A stretch of 64,000 bases of DNA. Origin: an uncultured Rubrivivax sp. GTDB taxonomy: Bacteria > Pseudomonadota > Gammaproteobacteria > Burkholderiales > Burkholderiaceae_C. Both the position numbers and the translations under genes were made by a program. Of this stretch, positions 18,155 to 26,141 are shown in pieces; positions within the stretch are counted from its first letter, which is position 1; every line of letters starts with the position of its first letter. The notes under the pieces were generated by a model. The model had not been told where the DNA came from. It made no database searches and worked only from the letters and a program-made list of their open reading frames with translations. The DNA lies in assembly GCA_964371495.1 (NCBI GenBank), contig CAYJOA010000004.1, positions 2,625 through 66,624 of the forward strand, written 5' to 3'.

Positions 18155-19015
18155 TCATGCCCCTTGGGGCAGCGGCACCAGCAGGACAGGCCGTCCCGCC
18201 ATCTCGCACAGGCGCAACGCAGTGCTGCCGATGACCATGCTCTGCACCCAATGCTGGCCATGCTTGCCGCAGACGATGAGGGAGCAGTCGCGGTCCTGTG
18301 CGACCCTGGCGATCATCTCGTGGGGGTCGCCTTCGAGCACCAGGGCCTCGCCGTGGCCGCCCACGGCCTCGATCCGGGCAACCAGCGCGTCCAGCGCCGC
18401 CCGGGCCATCAGCCGCAGGGCCGGCGTGGCATCGATGGCGTCCGGTGTCAGCACGGCCAGGCAGTCGACGCGCTGCGCATTCGGTGCCAACGCAACGGCG
18501 GCGTCTTCAGCCGCGCCGGCGTGCTTGGACAGGTCGGTGGTCAGCAAGACATGACGCAAGGTATCGACGCAAACTGCTGCACAGCCTGGTGCCGCGCCGT
18601 GAGCGACGGGCTCGAGCCATTCCAGCAGCAACGGCACCGACGTCTTGCGCACCATGTCGCGTGCGACGCTGCCGAGGAAGAGGCGACTGGCCAGGTTGTG
18701 GCTGCGCGAACCCAGGACGATCAGGTCCGCCTTGGCCTCGTTGCTGATGGTGATGATCCCGTCGGCTGGCGAAGGGGCGGCGCGAACCGTGACCTCGACT
18801 TGCAGGGCTGCGCAGCGCAGGCGAGCGGCCCGCCCCTCCAGCCACTCCCTGATCTCCTGGAGCGCCCGGTCGCCGGGTTCCTGGCCATAGCCCATGCGAA
18901 CCACGTGGGCGATGACGAGGTGGCCCACGCCCCATCGGCGCAATTCGGCGGCGCACTCGAGCAAGGGCTCGGCAGCCGGCGAGAGATCGAGAGCGAGAAG
19001 GGCAGTCCTGTGCAT
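18155..19015 (-). CDS. Tandem universal stress protein (UspA-family, two domains)
   Basis: Start at ATG 19015 (MHRTALLALDLS...). Two repeats ending in G-x-R/H-G..S..LGSV / GKHG..SMVIGST-type motifs. Confidence 0.75.
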   Translation of the reverse strand: MHRTALLALDLSPAAEPLLECAAELRRWGVGHLVIAHVVRMGYGQEPGDRALQEIREWLEGRAARLRCAALQVEVTVRAAPSPADGIITISNEAKADLIVLGSRSHNLASRLFLGSVARDMVRKTSVPLLLEWLEPVAHGAAPGCAAVCVDTLRHVLLTTDLSKHAGAAEDAAVALAPNAQRVDCLAVLTPDAIDATPALRLMARAALDALVARIEAVGGHGEALVLEGDPHEMIARVAQDRDCSLIVCGKHGQHWVQSMVIGSTALRLCEMAGRPVLLVPLPQGA

Positions 19016-19058
19016 GGTCAACCCCCGTGAGTTGGGCATTCGCCGCGCCGACCCGGTT

Positions 19059-19295
19059 TCAGCCCGCCAGCCATTGCCGGACTTCGACCTGCGTCGGGAT
19101 GCGACCGCTGCTGACCAGCTTCTCGTCGATCACGAGGCCCGGCGTGGACAGCAGGTCGTAGGCCATGATGGCCTTCATGTCGGTCACCTTGACGAATTCG
19201 GCTTCGATGCCGGCAGTGGTTGCGGCCTCTCGTGCCACCGCCTCGAGCTTCTTGCAGTTCGCGCATCCAGGTCCGAGGATCTTGACTGTCTTCAT
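19059..19295 (-). CDS. Small thioredoxin-like protein (redox-active disulfide protein 2 type, GCANC)
   Basis: 78 aa: MKTVKILGPGCANCKKLE...STPGLVIDEKLVSSGRIP. Immediately downstream of a UPF0718 permease, a commonly seen pairing. Confidence 0.8.
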   Translation of the reverse strand: MKTVKILGPGCANCKKLEAVAREAATTAGIEAEFVKVTDMKAIMAYDLLSTPGLVIDEKLVSSGRIPTQVEVRQWLAG

Positions 19296-19319
19296 CGATG
19301 TTCTCCTTCTCGAAAGTGA

Positions 19320-20765
19320 TCACGCGTGGGCCAGCGCCCGCCGGCGCCCCAGCAGCCAGCTGAGCAGCGCCACGAGCGAACCGACGAACGCGGCCAGCCC
19401 GAGGGCGATCCATGCCGGATTCACGCCGTCGACCCAGGCCCCATAGATCAGGCCGGCCATGATGCTGAATACCGCCACCAGACCGACGTAAGTGAAGGTC
19501 TTGGGTCGGCCGATCACGGCGGCCACCATCAGGATGCTCTGCAGGCTGAGTTCCGGGTCGGCCATCAGGTAGGCGAGCAGGGGCCCGCGGTGCATTCCCA
19601 GGTCCAGGAACATGCGTGCCACCGGCACCTCGACCAGGGTCGGGAAATACATGAACACGCCGAACACGACGGCCACCGCATTGGCCAACAGGTCGTTCCG
19701 ACCCGCCAGGTTCTGGATCCACTCGGGCTGGATCAGTTGCCGGACCACGCCGACGACGAAGACGCCCACTACCAGCAGCACGAAGATCTGCTTGACGAAG
19801 CGCCACGCTTCCCACAACCAGGAGCGCCAGGCGTCGGCATCGAGCCGGCGCGCGTGGTGCAGCACGGCCCAAAGCGTCAGACCGACAGCCAGCGCGCGGC
19901 CGGTGAGCGCCACCTCCAGCCCTTCAGGGCCGGGCGTCAGCTTGAGCGCGGCCACCAGCAGGGTGCCGGCGGTCAGGCCCAGCGCGATCCAGGTCCAGCG
20001 GTTGGCGCCTTCGACGATGTCCTCCAGCCCCTTCCAGGCGGTCAAGCCGATCAGGAGCAGCAGAAGGATCAACAGCGAACCCTGCAGACTCACGCCTTCC
20101 TCGCCCTTGGCGGCGTCGAAGGGCACCCACCCGAACAGCGTCGCCTGCCAGGCCTCGGCCCAGGGCAGCGGCAGGGTCACGGTTCCCACCGTGGCGGTCA
20201 GGGGCCACAACTTCAGCGTGCCGGCGATCAGCACCGCCACCAGCGACAACAGAACGCCCGTGGCTGCCGGGCCGATGCTCGCCTGCTCGGCGAACAAGGC
20301 ATCGGTCTGGGCGTCGTGGCTGGCGTCGTCGCGCCAGAACAGCACGGCCATCAGCATGCCGATGCCGATGCCGAACAGCAGGCACAGAACGAAGCGCGCG
20401 AACGCGAATTCCGCGCCCAGGATGCTGCCGGTGTAGGCCAGCGCAAGGATGTTGCCGGCCGGCGCGAAGAAGAGGAAGGTGATCGCCGGCCCCAGGCCGG
20501 CGCCCTTCTTGTAGATGCCGGCGAACAGCGGCACGATGGTGCACGAGCACACCGCCAGCAGCGAGCCCGCGGCCGCCGCGGCCGGGTAGGAGACGCGGTA
20601 GCGCGCATTGCGGCCGAGCCAGCGCGTGATGCTGGCCTTGGGTATCAGCGCCGCCATCGCGCCGGCAATGAAGAACGCCGGGAGCAGGCACAGCAACACG
20701 TGCGCAGCCAAGTAGGCCGCCAAGTTGCCGGCACCGCCGTTCATCAGTTTCAGGAAGGTGTCCAT
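19320..20765 (-). CDS. UPF0718/YraQ/ArsP-family permease (long, 481 aa)
   Basis: Polytopic membrane protein with ...SLLAVCSCTIVPLFAGIYKKGAGLGPAITFLFFAP... (CSC motif region characteristic of the family). Confidence 0.75.
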   Translation of the reverse strand: MDTFLKLMNGGAGNLAAYLAAHVLLCLLPAFFIAGAMAALIPKASITRWLGRNARYRVSYPAAAAAGSLLAVCSCTIVPLFAGIYKKGAGLGPAITFLFFAPAGNILALAYTGSILGAEFAFARFVLCLLFGIGIGMLMAVLFWRDDASHDAQTDALFAEQASIGPAATGVLLSLVAVLIAGTLKLWPLTATVGTVTLPLPWAEAWQATLFGWVPFDAAKGEEGVSLQGSLLILLLLLIGLTAWKGLEDIVEGANRWTWIALGLTAGTLLVAALKLTPGPEGLEVALTGRALAVGLTLWAVLHHARRLDADAWRSWLWEAWRFVKQIFVLLVVGVFVVGVVRQLIQPEWIQNLAGRNDLLANAVAVVFGVFMYFPTLVEVPVARMFLDLGMHRGPLLAYLMADPELSLQSILMVAAVIGRPKTFTYVGLVAVFSIMAGLIYGAWVDGVNPAWIALGLAAFVGSLVALLSWLLGRRRALAHA

Positions 20766-21109
20766 GATCTCAGGGCGTCACGCCATCTCGCCCGCGAGCG
20801 GGACGCCACGACACTGCGTCATCCAAGCAGATCGCGAGCAACTCTGCATTGAGTGCTCTCAAGCCTGATCCGGTAGCTGTACCGGCTGACGTTCGCGCAC
20901 GCCCGACCCTCTGTCGGAGGTCATCAATCGGTTCTCCGAAGTTGGCCGGCAAACTTGCTGGCCACACTATGGAGACGAACGGGCGGCACAAAGGATGCAG
21001 CCGCCCGCTCAAAATAGGCCCCACCCCGGTTCCCGGCCGGGGCTGGCCTGGAGCTGGGCGCGGGACCGTCGTCAGCGTCGGCGCTTGGCCGAGCGCGCCG
21101 CCTACGTGC

Positions 21110-21346
21110 TCAGTCGCAGCAGTTGCCTCGCACGTCGGGTTCACCGGACCGCTGCACTTGGATCGGCGGGCAGGGCACGGTGCCATAGGAGCAGAAGACG
21201 CAGCAGTCGCCGGCCAACGGCTTGAGCACGGCGTGACACTGTTCGCATTCGTAGAACCACTGGCAGGCATCGGTGGGCATGGTCTCGGCCTTGGCGTGGC
21301 CGCACAGCGGGCAGGTGAGCGTCGATTTCGCGGTGACCGTGGTCAT
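21110..21346 (-). CDS. GDCCVxC-domain small Cys-rich metal-binding protein
   Basis: 78 aa with CPLCGH...CQWFYECEQCH...LAGDCCVFCSYG...CPP and C-terminal NCCD. ATG overlaps the stop of the upstream CDF gene (ATGA). Confidence 0.75.
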   Translation of the reverse strand: MTTVTAKSTLTCPLCGHAKAETMPTDACQWFYECEQCHAVLKPLAGDCCVFCSYGTVPCPPIQVQRSGEPDVRGNCCD

Positions 21347-22338
21347 CTCGCGCTCTGCACCGGGTCGTGATCGTGGCCAGGCCCGTGGCCGTGGTCGTCA
21401 TGCGTGGCGAAGGATCGATGCCCACCCTTGCCGACCCCTGGCGGCAGAGCTACGCAGCCGTCGCAAAAGGCCTCGCGCACCACCTGGAGCGTCACGTGGC
21501 GAATCTCGAAGTGCTCATGCAGCTCGTCGGTGGCGTGCTTCAGGAACGCATCGTCGCCGCCGCCGGCCGGCATCACCAGATGCGCGGTGAGCGCTGTCTC
21601 GCTGGTGCCCATGGCCCACACGTGCAGGTCGTGCACCTGCGCCACGCCGGGCAGTCCCTGCAGCAGCGCCTGCACCGCGCGCAGGTCCACGCCGTCGGGC
21701 ACGCCGTCGAACAGCAGGTGCAGGGATTGCCTGAACAGGTTCCAGGTGCCGACCACGATGACCGCGGCGATGATCAGGCTGGCCACTGGGTCGAGCCAGG
21801 TCCAGCCCTGCCACAGCGCCAGGCAGCCGGCCACCACCACGCCGGCCGAGACCAGCGCGTCGGCGGCCATGTGCAGGAAGGCGCCGCGGATGTTGAGGTC
21901 GCTCTCGCTGCCGCGCATGAACAGCAGGGCGGTGGCCGTGTTGACGACGATGCCGATACCGGCCACGACCATGATCGTCACGCCCTCGACGGCATGCGGC
22001 GACTGCAGGCGGTGCAGCGCCTCCCAGGCCAGCGAGCCCATGGCCACCAGCAGCAGCAGCAGCGCATTGACGAAGGCGGCCAGGATGCTGGCGCGCTTCC
22101 AGCCGTAGGTGTGGCGCGCATCCGGCCGCAGCTTGCCGGCCAGCGCCCCGCCCCAGGCCAGCACCAGACCGATGACGTCGCTGAGGTTGTGGCCGGCATC
22201 GGCCAGCAAGGCCAGCGAATTGATCTTCCAGCCGTAGAAGGCCTCGATGGCGACGAACGCCATGTTCAGGCCAATGCCGATGGCAAACGCCGCGTTGTAG
22301 CTGGCGGGGGCGTGGCTGTGATCATGGCCAGCACTCAC
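21343..22338 (-). CDS. Cation diffusion facilitator (CzcD/ZitB-like) with His-rich termini
   Basis: Start taken at GTG 22338 (VSAGHDHSHAP...), overlapping the OsmC stop. HNLSD (TM2) and HMAAD (TM5) H-D/H-D metal site. C-terminal HDDHGHGPGHDHD. Confidence 0.85.
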   Translation of the reverse strand: MSAGHDHSHAPASYNAAFAIGIGLNMAFVAIEAFYGWKINSLALLADAGHNLSDVIGLVLAWGGALAGKLRPDARHTYGWKRASILAAFVNALLLLLVAMGSLAWEALHRLQSPHAVEGVTIMVVAGIGIVVNTATALLFMRGSESDLNIRGAFLHMAADALVSAGVVVAGCLALWQGWTWLDPVASLIIAAVIVVGTWNLFRQSLHLLFDGVPDGVDLRAVQALLQGLPGVAQVHDLHVWAMGTSETALTAHLVMPAGGGDDAFLKHATDELHEHFEIRHVTLQVVREAFCDGCVALPPGVGKGGHRSFATHDDHGHGPGHDHDPVQSAR

Positions 22339-22763
22339 GGGGTTTCGACTTTTCGGTGCAGCACGCCGGACAGTTGCGTGCCGGGTGATACGGTGTTGAA
22401 GACGGTGCCGAACTTGCGCACGTTCTCGTGCAGCAGGTCCAGCCGGCGCTCGGGCTCGTCGCTGTCGACGATGATTTCGTACGTGATGGATTCCAGCTTC
22501 GGCGGCACTTCCTGGCGCACGCCGTGCACATGCACCTCGACCCCACGCAACTCGAACTTCAGGATCGGCACGACGCGCTCGATGCCCTTGATGATGCACC
22601 CGGACAGCGCCGCCAGCAGCAGCTCGGCCGGGTTGAAGGCCTGCGGGTTGCCGGCCAGGTCGGTATCCAGGCTCAGCGCGGCCTGCTTGCAGCGTGCCTC
22701 GCTGGCGTGCGCCGACAGCTGCACCGAGACGACGTCGAAGGTCAGCTTCGTCGGTGCGTTCAT
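22335..22763 (-). CDS. OsmC/Ohr-family peroxiredoxin-like protein
   Basis: 142 aa with AELLLAALSGCIIKG, typical of OsmC. Start overlaps the CcdA stop by 4 nt. Confidence 0.7.
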   Translation of the reverse strand: MNAPTKLTFDVVSVQLSAHASEARCKQAALSLDTDLAGNPQAFNPAELLLAALSGCIIKGIERVVPILKFELRGVEVHVHGVRQEVPPKLESITYEIIVDSDEPERRLDLLHENVRKFGTVFNTVSPGTQLSGVLHRKVETP

Positions 22764-23464
22764 GTGAGGCTCAGCGTTGCTGCCCACTCTGGCGCCAGCC
22801 CTTGCGCCACCCACCACAGGCCGGCGGCAGCCAGCACGACGGCAAAACTCCGTCGGCCCGGCAGCCAGGCGCTGGCGGCGGCAAATCGTTTCATCATCGC
22901 ACTCGCGGCACCAGGCATCGCACCGGCCACCAGCAGCAACGCACTGTGGCCGATGCCGTAGGCCAACAGCAACGCCGCGCCCCACCACATCGACGCGCCG
23001 AAAGCGCTGCCCGAGCCGGCCAGCGCCAGCGCGGCGGCCAGCGCCGGTGTCGCGCAGGGGCTCATCACGGTGCCGATCAACGCGCCCAGCAGCGCCGCGC
23101 CCCACAGGCCCGAGCGTGCCAGCCGTCGTTGAAGCGCCGCTGGCAGCTGCACGCCGCAAGAAGCGGCCTGCGAGCGCCACAGCCACACCGCGGCGGCGAT
23201 CACCAGCACGCCCACCGCCACCGACCAGGGTCCGGGCAAGGTGCCCAGCAACAGGCCCAGCCGGGCAGCGGCCAGGCCCATGACAAGCAAGGCCACATTC
23301 ATGCCGGCCACGAAGGCCAGCGCCAGCATCCAGGCGCGGCGTGGCGAGACCGCCTGCCCGCCGACAAAACCCACCGCCACCGGAACCGCGGCCAGCACGC
23401 AGGGTGAGGCCGATGTCAGCACGCCGCCGACGAAGGCCGCGGCCAGACCTTCGGCGCCGGTCAT
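22760..23464 (-). CDS. CcdA/DsbD-family transmembrane thiol-disulfide electron transporter (SoxV-like)
   Basis: Two conserved membrane-embedded Pro-Cys motifs (LTSASPCVLAAVP and VMSPCATPALAA), ~6 TM, 234 aa. Confidence 0.85.
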   Translation of the reverse strand: MTGAEGLAAAFVGGVLTSASPCVLAAVPVAVGFVGGQAVSPRRAWMLALAFVAGMNVALLVMGLAAARLGLLLGTLPGPWSVAVGVLVIAAAVWLWRSQAASCGVQLPAALQRRLARSGLWGAALLGALIGTVMSPCATPALAAALALAGSGSAFGASMWWGAALLLAYGIGHSALLLVAGAMPGAASAMMKRFAAASAWLPGRRSFAVVLAAAGLWWVAQGLAPEWAATLSLT

Positions 23465-23889
23465 GGTGCACCGCCTTGCAGCCGGGCCAGGATCTCGGCG
23501 CCCGAGATCGTGCCCATGTGGCGACCGATCTCGCGCCCGCTAGCGTCGAAGAACACCTGCGTCGGCATGAGCTGGATGCCGTAGCGCTGGATATAGCCTC
23601 CCGCGCGCTGTGCGATGAGATCGACCTCGACCACCGCGATGCGGTCGCCATTCTCGCGCCGCAGCGCCTCGAGCACCGGCTTCATCTCGCGGCACGAGGC
23701 ACAGGCATTGGCGCCGAATTCGGCCACCGTGGGCTTGCCTGCCTGCAGTGCGATCTTCACCACGTCTTGCACCGGCGCAGCGGCTGTCACCGCCGGAGCC
23801 GGCTGCGACAGGTTGACCAGCGCCGTCATCAGCCCGCCGCCCACCAGCAGCGCGGCGGCAACGGCCCAGGCCAGGGTCTGAGACTTCAT
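23461..23889 (-). CDS. Periplasmic thioredoxin (CASC active site; SoxW/TlpA-like partner of CcdA)
   Basis: Start at ATG 23889 (MKSQTLAWAVAAALLVGGGLM anchor). ...AEFGANACASCREMKPVLEAL.... Stop overlaps the CcdA start by 4 nt. Confidence 0.8.
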   Translation of the reverse strand: MKSQTLAWAVAAALLVGGGLMTALVNLSQPAPAVTAAAPVQDVVKIALQAGKPTVAEFGANACASCREMKPVLEALRRENGDRIAVVEVDLIAQRAGGYIQRYGIQLMPTQVFFDASGREIGRHMGTISGAEILARLQGGAP

Positions 23890-23903
23890 CACCTTGGCTC
23901 CCC

Positions 23904-24287
23904 TCAAGAGCAGCAACTGCCGTCGGCGCTGGCAATGCCCGCCGGCACCGAACCGCGGATCGGGAAACCCCGGCGCGCCCACTTCGCCAGCCCGCCTTCC
24001 ATGTTGGCCACCTGGTCGTAGCCGTGATACATGAGAAAGCAGGTGGCCTTCAGGCTGCGCGGGCCACTGCTGCAGGCCAGCACGAGCTGACGGTCGCGCG
24101 GCAGTTCCTCGTAGCGCTGCTGCAACTCCGACAGCGGCATCAGCACCACGCCGGGTATGTCGAAAGCCGTGTGCACGACCTCGCTCAGTTCGCGCACGTC
24201 GACCAGCAGCGCGCCTTCGACCAGCAGGCGGCGCGTGGTGGTGGGGCAGACCTCGCGGGCGGTGGGCATGTCGATGCTGGCGTTCAT
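23904..24287 (-). CDS. Single-domain rhodanese (CSSGPRS active-site loop) with C-terminal CC tail
   Basis: Start at ATG 24287. LVDVRE...LVLACSSGPRSLKA...GYDQVANMEGGLAKW. Ends ...ASADGSCCS. Confidence 0.8.
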   Translation of the reverse strand: MNASIDMPTAREVCPTTTRRLLVEGALLVDVRELSEVVHTAFDIPGVVLMPLSELQQRYEELPRDRQLVLACSSGPRSLKATCFLMYHGYDQVANMEGGLAKWARRGFPIRGSVPAGIASADGSCCS

Positions 24288-24361
24288 CTCGTGCTCCTTG
24301 CTGGGTTCTCGGACGGATGCGTTGGTGGGCGTGCCGGGCCCTTCACGCCACAAGGTTGCCG

Positions 24362-24592
24362 TCACTGCGGCGCGCCGAGCAGGCCCGCCGTGAGCTTGCG
24401 CGCCACCGGAGCCAGGAAAAAGATCACCGGCACGCCGACGACGTAGGCGATGCCGAAGGCCTTGGCCCAGCTGCCCACGAAGGTGTCTGTGAAGCCGATG
24501 TTCACCGCCGTGATGACGAAGGTCATCAGGAAGATCATCATCGCGCCCATCACGAGCGAAAACACGAGGTGGAACTTCTTTTGCGGGTTCAT
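24362..24592 (-). CDS. DUF2798-like small membrane protein
   Basis: 76 aa with two hydrophobic helices (FHLVFSLVMGAMMIFLMTFVITAVNIG...). Family recalled from memory. Confidence 0.5.
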   Translation of the reverse strand: MNPQKKFHLVFSLVMGAMMIFLMTFVITAVNIGFTDTFVGSWAKAFGIAYVVGVPVIFFLAPVARKLTAGLLGAPQ

Positions 24593-24626
24593 GGGGGGTG
24601 TCCTGGTTGGGGCGTCGGGCGCGGTT

Positions 24627-24863
24627 TCAGGCGCCTGCCAGCCACTTCTCGATCTTGTCGCGGCCGGGCACGCCGCCGGCGTGCACGACCTTGCCGTCGA
24701 TCACCACGCCTGGCGTGCTCATGACGCCGTAGCCCATGATGTCGCGCAACTCCTCGACCTTCCTCAGCGTGACAGGCACGCCCAAGGCCCGCGCGATCTG
24801 TTCGATCAGCGCGATGGTGGTCTTGCAGTTGGCGCAACCGGTGCCCAGTACCTTGATGTCCAT
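24627..24863 (-). CDS. Small thioredoxin-like protein (GCANC), paralogue of 19059-19295
   Basis: 78 aa: MDIKVLGTGCANCKTT...STPGVVIDGKVVHAGGVP, the same architecture as the other copy (~40% identical by eye). Confidence 0.8.
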   Translation of the reverse strand: MDIKVLGTGCANCKTTIALIEQIARALGVPVTLRKVEELRDIMGYGVMSTPGVVIDGKVVHAGGVPGRDKIEKWLAGA

Positions 24864-24893
24864 GGTGTGCTCCTGTGGATTTGGCGAGAGGTC

Positions 24894-25835
24894 TTACTCG
24901 CGTTCGAGTTCGAGATAGGTGCGGCTGGCGTTGCCGGGAATCAGCTCGGCGGCGTTGAGCAGCCGCATGAAGGGCTTGGCGTCGAAGGATTTGCCGGCTT
25001 CGCTCACGTCGACGCCATCGTCCACGGCCTTCTTCATGTGCGCGCGCAAGCCCAGCAGGTAGGCCTGGGTGTCTGCCTTGGCGGTGGCCACGGTGGTGAC
25101 GCTGCCGTGGCCGGGCACCAGCACGGCCGGGTTCAGCTGTTCGATGACGGCGAAGGTCTCGATCCAGCGCTTGGTGTTGCTGACCGGCAGCACGCCCAGC
25201 ATGCGGTCGACGTAGACCACGTCGCCGCTGAACAGCACACCTCTGTGCGGCAGCCACACCATCGTGTCGCCTGGTGTGTGGGCGCCGCCGCGGTGCTTGA
25301 ACTCGAAGACCACGCCGCCCAGTTCCAGCCGCTCGTCGGTCCCGGAGAGCCAGCGCGTCGGCAACGTGGGCAACGTACCGTCGGCCCTGGGCCCCAGCGT
25401 GGCCTTCAGGCCCTGCAGGTGGTCGTTGCCACGGTTGTTCATGTCGGCGCGCGCGTCGCCGTGGGCGATGACTTCCGCGCCCTGGCCGGCGAAGTAGCCG
25501 TTGCCTAGCCAGCGGTGGTCCTGGCCGCCGGTGTTGAAGACCCACTTCACCGGCCGCGGCGTCACCGCTTTCACGGCGTCGTGGATCTGGCGCGCGCTCT
25601 GGAATGTGGCGCCGCTGTCGATGAGCACGGCACCGACCGGTGTGACCACGAGCCCGATATTGGCGTTCAGGCCTTCGTTTTCGGCCGAGCGCGCCCCTTT
25701 GTCGCCGATATGGGCGTAGACGCCGTCGGCCACACGCTGGAAGCGCACCTCAACGGCCTCGGCGACGCCGGCCGCCAAGGCCAGCGCCGTGCCCACCAGC
25801 AATGCCGCAGCCTGGTGGCGGCTCAGCGTGCGCAC
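24894..25835 (-). CDS. Periplasmic metallo-beta-lactamase-fold protein with degenerate HxHxDH motif (SoxH-like position)
   Basis: GTG 25835 start gives the signal peptide VRTLSRHQAAALLVGTALALAAGVAEA. MBL landmarks VLIDSGAT, GGAHTPGD, SGDVVY and VPGHG are present. The canonical HxHxDH reads NTGGQDH instead. Confidence 0.7.
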   Translation of the reverse strand: MRTLSRHQAAALLVGTALALAAGVAEAVEVRFQRVADGVYAHIGDKGARSAENEGLNANIGLVVTPVGAVLIDSGATFQSARQIHDAVKAVTPRPVKWVFNTGGQDHRWLGNGYFAGQGAEVIAHGDARADMNNRGNDHLQGLKATLGPRADGTLPTLPTRWLSGTDERLELGGVVFEFKHRGGAHTPGDTMVWLPHRGVLFSGDVVYVDRMLGVLPVSNTKRWIETFAVIEQLNPAVLVPGHGSVTTVATAKADTQAYLLGLRAHMKKAVDDGVDVSEAGKSFDAKPFMRLLNAAELIPGNASRTYLELERE

Positions 25836-26053
25836 GCGGCGCCCCCGCTGTCCTTCAGACCCAGCATCTTGAAGATGCTGGCCGCCGGGCAGAAGCCGGT
25901 GAAGCCCATCTGGAACAGGTTGGCACCGACGAAGGCGGTGAACCACAGCCAGCTTGAGCGCGACATGTCGATCTGGCCGGTGAAGTGCGCCAGCGCGAGG
26001 CTGAGCATGATCATGAAGCCCGCAAAGATGCTGACGGCGCGGTTGACGGTCAT
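25823..26053 (-). CDS. DUF2892 (YgaP-like) small membrane protein
   Basis: 76 aa, two TM, conserved GFCPAASIFKMLGL motif. Ends ...GGAACAR. Overlaps the MBL gene start. Confidence 0.7.
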   Translation of the reverse strand: MTVNRAVSIFAGFMIMLSLALAHFTGQIDMSRSSWLWFTAFVGANLFQMGFTGFCPAASIFKMLGLKDSGGAACAR

Positions 26054-26141
26054 GGGTGTCTCCTGAAGATCGAAAGACTTGACTCGGGTCGTTGCATGGA
26101 GAACGAGGCCGCCTGCCCGCGCGTGCGGCCCCGTGGCGGGA

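Noticed and set aside
19326-20852. 508-aa plus-strand ORF opposite the UPF0718 permease
   Set aside because: Gln/Arg/Gly/His-rich nonsense-like sequence. The minus-strand product is a coherent polytopic membrane protein with family motifs.
20766-21109. Small inverted repeats (TTGAG-tgct-CTCAA at 20849-20862; CCGGTA-gctg-TACCGG at 20870-20885; GGGCGGC...GCCGCCC at ~20981-21006) and a possible terminator after the GDCCVxC gene in the 344-bp ORF-free gap
   Set aside because: The arms are only 5-7 bp and there are no convincing U-tracts or repeated motifs. They could be promoter/operator or terminator elements for the permease operon, but the evidence is too thin to call.
21367-22767. 466-aa plus-strand ORF opposite the CDF and OsmC genes
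   Set aside because: Spans two well-supported minus-strand genes and has no recognisable motifs. High-GC antisense artefact.
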